A stretch of DNA of 54,701 nt, counting the filler, from Mitosporidium daphniae (lineage: Eukaryota): assembly GCF_000760515.2 (NCBI RefSeq). It is 2 parts of 2 records of this genome, joined end to end, with 100 filler letters (N's around TTAATTAATTAA, not from the genome) between each part and the next. Parts side by side here need not be neighbours in the genome. Positions count along the whole stretch, not along the records: positions 27,488 to 54,701 come from NW_013546160.1; 1 more part is not named here. One strand, given 5' to 3'. The position numbers and the translations under genes were made by a program. The notes beneath the pieces are model-generated. The model was not told the origin of the DNA and made no database searches. It saw only the letters and a list, made by a program, of their open reading frames with translations. Below are positions 47,296 to 54,701 of the stretch, in pieces (the stretch's first letter is position 1; each line of letters starts with the position of its first letter).

Positions 47296-48051
47296 ATGTT
47301 TTTGACCGACTCGCACATCCATTTGAAGGCACTTCCAATTTCGGCCGATGTATCTAAAGCACTTTTGGTTTCAATTGATCGCTCAGAATGGGATATGGTG
47401 TGTGATTTTGCTAAAAAGAGTCCTTCATGCATAATCCCGGCATTTGGCACACATCCCTGGTTCGTTTCAAAAGTCTCCCAGCGAGAAGAATATTTAAAGC
47501 AACTTTGGTTTTATGTTCAGTCCTTCCCTAATTCTTTGCTTGGAGAAATAGGTCTAGATTCTAGTAAAAGGCATTTGAATTCCTTTGCACTACAAGAAGA
47601 ACTATTTTTTGACCAATTTAAACTTGCAAATCAATTAAGAAGGCCTATTTCGCTACATGTCGTTGGAGAAGTATCCGTTTCTTCACTCTGCCAATTTTTG
47701 AGAGCATTTCCTCTTTGTAGACCCCCTTCGATTTCTCTGCATTCCTTTACAGGCTCCCTGACCCAGCTTCGCCAGCTGCGAAATGCCTTTGGGGAAGATA
47801 CCAATGTATTTCTTGGCGTTTCTCAAAGGCTGTCAGGAAGACTTCCACTGGCGAAGCTGCATCGACTTATTTTGGAAATGCCAGATAACAGGATATTAAT
47901 AGAATCTGACGACGAAGCGTGCAATCAAACTTACATTAGTGACCTTGAATCTGTTGCCGGAATACTGTCAAATTGTAAAAATTGGGACTTGGCACAGTCA
48001 ATCATTAACACGCACAACAACTTTTTGGAATTTGCTTTGTGTCCACAATAG
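47296..48051 (+). CDS. TatD-family DNase/metallohydrolase
   Basis: DSHIH, G.HPW, GEIGLD, SLH, LHSFTG and ILIESD motifs. Confidence 0.9.
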   Translation: MFLTDSHIHLKALPISADVSKALLVSIDRSEWDMVCDFAKKSPSCIIPAFGTHPWFVSKVSQREEYLKQLWFYVQSFPNSLLGEIGLDSSKRHLNSFALQEELFFDQFKLANQLRRPISLHVVGEVSVSSLCQFLRAFPLCRPPSISLHSFTGSLTQLRQLRNAFGEDTNVFLGVSQRLSGRLPLAKLHRLILEMPDNRILIESDDEACNQTYISDLESVAGILSNCKNWDLAQSIINTHNNFLEFALCPQ

Positions 48052-48053
48052 CT

Positions 48054-49047
48054 TTATATAGTTACATTTGTGTGCTGTCTTGAATAAATATACTCATCGA
48101 GCAGGAGTGCTCCTTGCTCCGAAATTTTCCTTACCGCTTCCAAATCATGCTCGAAGATAGAAAGATCCCTAATGGAATCCTGGATGTGAAAGGGCCCAAT
48201 TCTGGTTCTTTCAAGAAAAGTGAGCATGCCAAACGTGCCGAGCTCTGCCGAAATATCTCGCACTAGCGATCGAATATATGTGCCCCCCATGCAGTCAACA
48301 GATAGTGTAATAAAAGGAGGGTCAACATTGACAATCGAAATACTATTAATGGTAACGGGCCTGGCATCCAAGTCGGGAATCTCAATTCCCCTCCTCATCA
48401 AGTCGCATGCCCTCGTTCCATTAACTCTCAATGCTGAAAACCTGGGACGATAAGAGATGAAAAGTGAGTACTTTGGCGGGACTTGGAGGATATTGTGGCC
48501 AATAAATTTCCTAACCACATCCTGAAGCCTAGTTGGGTCAAATATGTCACGAGAAAGAGATTCCGAGCGATCGACTATATTTCCAGTGGCATCAAGGGTA
48601 TCGGTACCTTCGCCCAATTTCATGATTGCCGTATAGGACTATTGACGTTAACATTTCAAACATCTGTACCTTGGGGCCTTGCAATAGAGTTCCTAGCTTT
48701 TTAGTACCGGAGCCCAGCCCAACGACGACTATACCCTGTGCCATTGGATCCAAGGTTCCACCGTGTCCAATTTTGCCCAAAACAGAAAGAATATGCCGTT
48801 TTGAAGCGTTCCGCTGCGCACCCTCGCTTCCGAAAGAAATTGGATGAGACTTGCAGTATGCCGACCATAATTTGGTATGTAAATTGTAAACAAATGGATT
48901 TGTAATTCGGAGGGAAGGCTTAAATACAGAAAGTATGCCATTAAGGTTTATGGAATCAAAGAAATAATTGTTCACGATGTCGTCTGAGTTGAAAGCCCCA
49001 TGTTTTCCGATGGGGAGCAGCCTGGAATTAGGTAGATGCCTGAACAT
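48054..49047 (-). CDS. PUS4: TruB/Pus4 tRNA pseudouridine-55 synthase
   Basis: KIGHGGTLDP.A.G..V.G.G.GTK, LG..TDTLD.TG, Q.PP..SAL..NG and GGTYIRSL..D motifs. Confidence 0.92.
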
Positions 49048-49189
49048 CGAATATCATATGGGGACCACCACCGGTGAAAATTAAATTCTTGCAGCAAAAT
49101 TAAAGTTTATTAATCCCGAATTCGTTTTCGTGGACTAAAGTTGTGCTAACTCCATTTATCAAATCGTAGGTTGACTCGACATTGGGTAT

Positions 49190-49468
49190 TTATCCGGCCT
49201 TGATCTTTTCAATACATGATAGCGAGACGGAAAACAAACCCCTGGCAAAGTATTTTATAAAATGCCATATGGTAACCGAATGATGCAGTAGAATTGCCAA
49301 AAGGAAAAACAGAATCATATATGCAACAATTTTTTCCATCGGTTCGAGCATGTAAAAAGAGGTGGCAAGCTCGAGCCTCAAATAACCACGCTTCATTGCA
49401 CTCAAAAAACTGCGGTTTTCAGATCGGCCTTTATTTTTTGGCACATAATCTGGGTAAAATTCGGTCAT
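49190..49468 (-). CDS. Serine palmitoyltransferase small subunit (ssSPT/SPTSS family)
   Basis: Y.R.EL....YMLEP.EK followed by a TM segment, matching the SPTSS YMLEPWE motif. Confidence 0.8.
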   Translation of the reverse strand: MTEFYPDYVPKNKGRSENRSFLSAMKRGYLRLELATSFYMLEPMEKIVAYMILFFLLAILLHHSVTIWHFIKYFARGLFSVSLSCIEKIKAG

Positions 49469-49550
49469 AGTAAAAATAAGGTTCACAAAATACTCTATTC
49501 ATTTTGTTTTGACTGATGTTTGATAGATCTATCAAACCAAAATTTTTAAC

Positions 49551-50090
49551 ATGGAAAGGCAAAACCCAAATGCGGCCTGGCTTAGCCAGAGAGGAATTTG
49601 GGTAACAAGCCTGGTTCTGGTTATCTTCCTTAAGCTAACATTCTCGGCAAATATAGTTGGAGTTGAGGCATCTTGGACGCTAACAACTGTTGTTTTCAAC
49701 GTCGTCTGCTGGGTCTTTTTCCACAGGATTAAAGGGGTTCCGTTCGACGATGCTGGAATTCAGGGCGAATATGCATGCCTCACGCTTTGGGAACAATTAG
49801 AAGCGGCAGAAGAGGAAGGGCCAATAGGACTAAGAACCAAAAAGAAGCGGGTAATATGCGGTTCTCCCCAGCTCTCTCCGAGAGAGATTCCCGACAGTGT
49901 TATCGGGGGAACAAGGCGATCAGCCATCAAGGCAGCAAGGACAAAGCGGTTTTTAATTGTACTCCCAATTGCGCTCTTCTTACTTAGCGCGCACAACTCA
50001 CGCTATGGCATGCTTGCCTTTGCCTTGAATTTCACGTCAACGCTTTTAGTTCTTCTCCCAAAAATTTACAACTCCAAATTGGTGTCCTAA
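49551..50090 (+). CDS. ORM1: ORM/ORMDL sphingolipid biosynthesis regulator
   Basis: NPN..W...RG.W, SWTLT, FH.IKG.PF, LT.WEQL, KRFL...PI.LFLLS.H and LPK motifs. Confidence 0.92.
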   Translation: MERQNPNAAWLSQRGIWVTSLVLVIFLKLTFSANIVGVEASWTLTTVVFNVVCWVFFHRIKGVPFDDAGIQGEYACLTLWEQLEAAEEEGPIGLRTKKKRVICGSPQLSPREIPDSVIGGTRRSAIKAARTKRFLIVLPIALFLLSAHNSRYGMLAFALNFTSTLLVLLPKIYNSKLVS

Positions 50091-50132
50091 AATTATGCAA
50101 AAATAAATTGTAAAAATTGATGCAAAATTTTG

Positions 50133-50198
50133 AATTCCATTGGCTAAGACTAATTCCATTGGCCAAGACTAATTCCATTGGTCGAGACTAATTCCAAT
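50133..50198. repeat. 19-nt tandem repeat x3.5, each unit containing ATTGG (reverse CCAAT)
   Basis: aattccattggctaagact aattccattggccaagact aattccattggtcgagact aattccaat. Confidence 0.85.
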
Positions 50199-50255
50199 CA
50201 ATTGCAATAACAATCATGTCCTTTCGTAGCCGTTTATTTCCTGTAGGAATATTTT

Positions 50256-52649
50256 ATGAAAAAACGGGAAAAAAAGAAAAAACGCAGACACTCATGTGTA
50301 TGTTGCGGGACCATAAACGCCTTTCCATATTCGGACTGCTTTTTATGCTGCGTATGTGAAACCATTACGGACCTTTCACTTACACACATGTATACTTCAC
50401 AGTTCTCAGTATCGATCGACAAAAGTCTTATTCCAGGAACGGCAGAGTTTACTTCTGCTCTGATAGCCGCTCATGTAAGCGGAGATTTGGAAGAGGGTCG
50501 CTCTATTCTATTTTCGGGATTCTCATCGTCATTTGTTCTGGGGCTAGCATTTTCAAGAAGGACTCAAAGTGATCATGATTATAAGACGATAATCGATAGC
50601 GAATCTTTTAATAACTTTTACTTTCAACTCACTGAGATGAAGTGCTCGTTTTTTACTCAAACACTGATGGCCTCTCTTGACCATTTGGTCAGACGGCCTG
50701 GTGTGCTAAATATGGAACAGGAAGCGAGCCCAGTGAGGTGGATTTTGGTGGCCCTTCTGACCCCTTTTCTCTCCAGGAAGAGATTGTCGATGGAGGGCAC
50801 TTTTCACCACTCACTTGCAAGACGCCTCTTTTCGCTTTTAAGACAGGCCTGCTGGAAAAGAAAAAAAGACTTTCAACATAAAATCGAGCTGCATGCAAAA
50901 TCACTAAAAGAAATTCCTAAAGGGAAGGCACATTCGGAAGAAAAAGCCCTCAAATCAACGGCTTCCTCCACGTCTATATTGAATAAAATTCTCGACGCGC
51001 TTCCATTGCCACTTTTAAGGCGACTAGCGGAGCTTGCAAATTGGACCCTCAATGTGCGAATTGGAAGGATCTCTAGTGCTAATTGCAGCTCTGCAAAGGC
51101 AAAGGCCAAAATAATTGCTGGCGATTGGGTGATCCTTGCAGGCGCTTATATGCTGCAAATGATTTCAGAGTCTAATGGACGGGTTTATCGAATGGAGCCC
51201 TCAGAACTTTATAGTATGGCCATCGACTTGATTCCGATTGAGGTTATTTTGGCGGACTGGCACCAGACTACCTGCTCAGTGTCTTTGAAAAATTTATTAG
51301 CTTCACGGGGCCAGCTCCGCTTATTTGGAGAAAAAAAGATGCTTCTTGCCAACCACCCAGGAATTATCTCATTGGGAATCAAGTCTAGGCTACTGGAGTC
51401 TGAGCTTTTCCCAAATGGATATGCTTCAGGATACCCTATTCCTCTTGTGGTAAGGATTCCTCGATCACCGCTGAGAGAGATGCTCCATGCGTCCATTATC
51501 CAATTACTCAATGCAAGCCCCCCACAGCTTCGTGGGAGGATCAAGGTAGAGTTTCAAGGTGAGCCTGGAATCGATGCTGGGGGCTTGCTTCGTGAATGGC
51601 TGCAGCTTCTTATACATGCACTGATGGATCCTACCCTTGGTCTTTTTCAGGCAGATATTTGTGGATTTGAACTGAACGCACCCTGTGTCTGGTTCCACAG
51701 TGGTGAAAATTGCAGTCAAGGGGTATTTGAACTGGTGCATCTACTTGGGACAATCCTAGGGCTCTCCTTGAACAATGGAATTGTACTTGACCATAGACTT
51801 CCATTTGCACTCTTCAAAAAATTGCTTTCCCCGGACACAAATCCACCGGCATGCGTTTCAGCACACGGGGAATCTATGTCCTCTATCACGTTGGATGATC
51901 TCTGGGAAATTGCGCCTACCCTTGCCCGCGGCCTTGGCCAGCTGTTGGATTATCACGGGGAAGCAGAGGTTGAAGATGTTTTTCAGCTTCAATTCACTGC
52001 TGGATTTTCCAAACCAGGCCCAGAAAAGAGAGAAATTATCGATCTTACCAATCGTGGATCCGAAATCGCTGTTACGGGGGAGAATCGCGAAATTTTCATC
52101 TCACTTTATCTTGAACATATCTTCCATCATCGTCCAGGAAACCACTGGACAAAGTTTCGAGACTCGTTCTACTCTACACTCAGCGGTTCGACAATTGCGC
52201 TGCTTTCGCCGCAAGAGTTAAAGCAGCTACTTTCTGGGGATCCTGCAGAGATCAGTATCGATCTTTTACGCTCCGTTGCACTCTATGAGGGATACTTGTC
52301 GGCCGAGCATCCAGTTTCTCTCTGGTTTTGGGATATTCTCACCTCATACTCTGCTGAAATGCGACGCAAGTTCCTCATCTTTGTAACGGGTGTTGGACGT
52401 CTCCCTGCTGCCCTGGCTGCCGCTGGTGCTGCTGGCCATTCCGGCATGCCAAATCAACAGGGCCCTTGGGTTATTCGTCTCTGGGGAAGAGATGCAAGTT
52501 GGAAGAATCTCAGTGGAGGCGAATACCGCCCGCTTGGGCGGACATGCTTCAACCAGCTCTGCTTGCACAAGGGATATCCAGATATGGAGACTCTTCGACG
52601 TTTGCTCACAAACGCCATTGTCGAGTCCGAAGGTTTTGGTATCGAGTAG
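50256..52649 (+). CDS. HECT E3 ubiquitin ligase (Hul4/HECTD2-like)
   Basis: N-terminal CxCC...CxxC; VEF.GEPGIDAGGL..EW, LFKKLL, KFL.FVTG, TCFNQL and EGFG motifs. Confidence 0.9.
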   Translation: MKKREKKKKRRHSCVCCGTINAFPYSDCFLCCVCETITDLSLTHMYTSQFSVSIDKSLIPGTAEFTSALIAAHVSGDLEEGRSILFSGFSSSFVLGLAFSRRTQSDHDYKTIIDSESFNNFYFQLTEMKCSFFTQTLMASLDHLVRRPGVLNMEQEASPVRWILVALLTPFLSRKRLSMEGTFHHSLARRLFSLLRQACWKRKKDFQHKIELHAKSLKEIPKGKAHSEEKALKSTASSTSILNKILDALPLPLLRRLAELANWTLNVRIGRISSANCSSAKAKAKIIAGDWVILAGAYMLQMISESNGRVYRMEPSELYSMAIDLIPIEVILADWHQTTCSVSLKNLLASRGQLRLFGEKKMLLANHPGIISLGIKSRLLESELFPNGYASGYPIPLVVRIPRSPLREMLHASIIQLLNASPPQLRGRIKVEFQGEPGIDAGGLLREWLQLLIHALMDPTLGLFQADICGFELNAPCVWFHSGENCSQGVFELVHLLGTILGLSLNNGIVLDHRLPFALFKKLLSPDTNPPACVSAHGESMSSITLDDLWEIAPTLARGLGQLLDYHGEAEVEDVFQLQFTAGFSKPGPEKREIIDLTNRGSEIAVTGENREIFISLYLEHIFHHRPGNHWTKFRDSFYSTLSGSTIALLSPQELKQLLSGDPAEISIDLLRSVALYEGYLSAEHPVSLWFWDILTSYSAEMRRKFLIFVTGVGRLPAALAAAGAAGHSGMPNQQGPWVIRLWGRDASWKNLSGGEYRPLGRTCFNQLCLHKGYPDMETLRRLLTNAIVESEGFGIE

Positions 52650-52786
52650 CCGGATCGACGTGACATTGGCACGATGATGAAAGCAACAAGCCGACCAACT
52701 GATTGCTAATTTTATTGCGCCATTTGGCATCCGTGGGTATCGACATTAGTGTTGGCATTTATTTGTTACTAGGCCCATTGTGGTTA

Positions 52787-53530
52787 CTATTCCTCGCCCT
52801 CAGAATCTTCCTCCTCCTCATCTTCCTCATTCTCTCCCTCATCTTCATCCTCATCATCCTCATCTTCTTCTAGATCCTCGTCATCATCATCAATCTCCTC
52901 CTGTGAATACTCTCCTGAGTAGTATTTGATGGCGTTTGGGTATAGCTCCGTAGCAATTATATCTGCAACCTCACGATCTTCGTCAGAAAACCATGCAAAG
53001 AAGGAGGCTGTGGCCGTGTGGCGTCGCTTCTGATTGCCCTGTGTCGGCTCAATCAGGTTCTATTGAATAATAAATCACATTTATACCATGCCAGGAAGCC
53101 AGTCAATTGGATAGTTTTTGGTGCCTTCCTCTTCGTTAATTTCCTTAACAAGAGTAGCATTAGAAAAGTAGGGGTTGGCATTAAAGGTAAAGATAATCCG
53201 TTTTCCTTCGCCACTGCTACTGATCTTCTCTACAGTGATAGAGGACAGATATGAGAAGACTGCAATGTCCTCCTCTTCGAGAAGTGTGCCAAGAACAGGA
53301 TGGTTTCTAAAAGCAATGCTCCAGAAAGCGGGGATTTCCGCCTTGATGATGGCATCCCGCTTTTGTAAAAATGGCAGCTTCTTCTCATCATAGTTTGCAA
53401 AGATGTTGGCGATCTCAATTGAGCGCTGGGTGTCAATACTATCGAGAGACCCTTCGATCTCAAGCAACTTATTGAACGCAGCTTGTGGCGATTGTTCTGG
53501 ATGTGGGTGTACGGTCGCGAGAGAGGACAT
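52787..53530 (-). CDS. NAP-family histone chaperone (SET/Vps75-like) with acidic tail
   Basis: KRD.II...IP.FW..AF.NHP, F.F..NPYF.N..L.KE, I.W, SFF.WF and ELYPNAIKYY; D/E-rich tail. Confidence 0.9.
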
Positions 53531-53666
53531 TAGTGGTGAAATGTTAAAAAACCGCTCTCCTCCACCCTGATATTCACATATTGCTTATTTATTAAATTTT
53601 ACCATTTCAAACCCTACCCGAATGAAAACTAATTGAAGAGTCCCGTTTATTTGATTACCAGATTCC

Positions 53667-54328
53667 ATGAGAATCGCTTTTGCTACTGGGAATGCAAATA
53701 AACTTAGCGAGCTTCAGCAAATTCTGAATGGTGTTCTTGAAGTTGATGCCATCTCTTTGGATAGTACTCTTGAATTGGTTAACGATAGTTCCTGAAATGC
53801 AGGGCTGCATAAGGGATATTGCTGTGGCAAAGTCAAAGGAGGCATTCAAGATTATTGGGAGGCCCGTGCTCACTGATGACACTAGCCTTACATTTTCTGC
53901 ATTTGGAGGCGAACTACCAGGTTGGCTCTTGTTTTTCATCGTCAGGGCCTTATATTAAATGGTTCCTCTTGGCGAACGGGCCAGAAGGTATCCTACGCAA
54001 TGTTCTTATGCCAAGGAATCTGTAGGCTCCTTGATGGATTTGCCACTAGATCTGCAGAGGCTATCTCAACTTTTGCGTATTGCTTTTCTGCTGAGCAAGA
54101 GCCATTGATATTTCAAGGGCGATGTCGTGGAAAGATTGCTCTATCTCCAAAGGGCATTACTTCATTTGGCTGGGACTCCATATTCATCCCAGATGAAAGC
54201 GACGACAAATCGTTTGGTTTTAATTCTGCTTTTCATATAGGTTCGCTGAGCTTACAAAGGAACAGAAAAATAAGATTTCGCATCGCAGCAAGGCCCTTGA
54301 GCTTTTAAAACAGCACTTTAAGACTTGA
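53667..54328 (+). CDS. HAM1: Inosine triphosphate pyrophosphatase (Ham1/ITPA)
   Basis: FATGNANKL.E, PEMQG, DDTSL.F.A....PGPYIKWF, FGWD.IF.P and KN.ISHR motifs. Confidence 0.93.
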
Positions 54329-54418
54329 TTTATAAAATTGAGATCAAATACCAAATTTTATTAATGGAAGTTGGATCGATCGCCGATTTGTATTAACCAA
54401 TGCGCCAAATTGAGGCTT

Positions 54419-54701
54419 ATGCGATTACTTATAACTTTTATCGCTTTTTGTGGTTATTATGTGCCAAATTTTCTTTGCAAGCCACAACTCAGCCTTTTCA
54501 GGGCCGTTACGAAAATCGCCTCTACTCCGCAGGGTCATTTTCCGGTGTTGATTGACGACAGTTTGTCAAACATTTATGGGGCTCTTCGATGCGGCTGGAG
54601 AGCAATTTGGGTTTCCGAGGATGCCCCAAAAGATGCGGTTTTCTTGGAAAACGACCTTAAATATATGCACTTTGAGGGCGAGAAAGACAATTTGGCACAT
54701 A
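54419..54701 (+). CDS. Partial HAD-like (Sdt1/pyrimidine 5'-nucleotidase-like) reading frame, open at the window end
   Basis: FCGY..PNFLCKP....F...LIDDSLSNI.GA...GW (HAD motifs III/IV); N-terminal motif I not found. Confidence 0.5.
   Translation, partial: MRLLITFIAFCGYYVPNFLCKPQLSLFRAVTKIASTPQGHFPVLIDDSLSNIYGALRCGWRAIWVSEDAPKDAVFLENDLKYMHFEGEKDNLAH

Noticed and set aside
50133..50198. CRISPR-like array
   Set aside because: The units are contiguous with no unique spacers, there are no cas genes, and the genome is eukaryotic. The same applies to the repeats at 27334 and 43015

Overview
This is a gene-dense eukaryotic window with about 35 genes, two tRNAs and intergenic gaps often under 100 bp. 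Most spliceosomal introns are only 23-35 nt, and mitochondrial respiratory and mitoribosome genes are retained. That combination suggests a compact, early-diverging fungal or short-branch microsporidian (Rozellomycota, Mitosporidium-like) genome; this is an inference. A TTAATTAATTAA linker inside the N gap at about 27.4 kb indicates two joined contigs. All family assignments come from recalled motifs, not database searches, and spliced-gene coordinates are whole-gene spans. The main findings are: (1) a VPS13 intron made of two abutting mini-introns with no exon between them (AG|GT), a candidate for recursive splicing; (2) the serine palmitoyltransferase activator (small subunit) and inhibitor (ORM) placed head-to-head on an 82-bp spacer; (3) a near-full-length glycine decarboxylase P gene broken by two in-frame TAA codons at conserved Gln and Tyr positions; (4) meiotic genes resembling MCMDC2 and ZIP4/TEX11, with a tRNA ending 10 nt before the MCMDC2-like ATG; (5) an unexplained, highly structured ~215-nt intergenic RNA candidate; (6) a long, structured RPS29 intron; and (7) an inverted telomeric-repeat hairpin in a divergent promoter.
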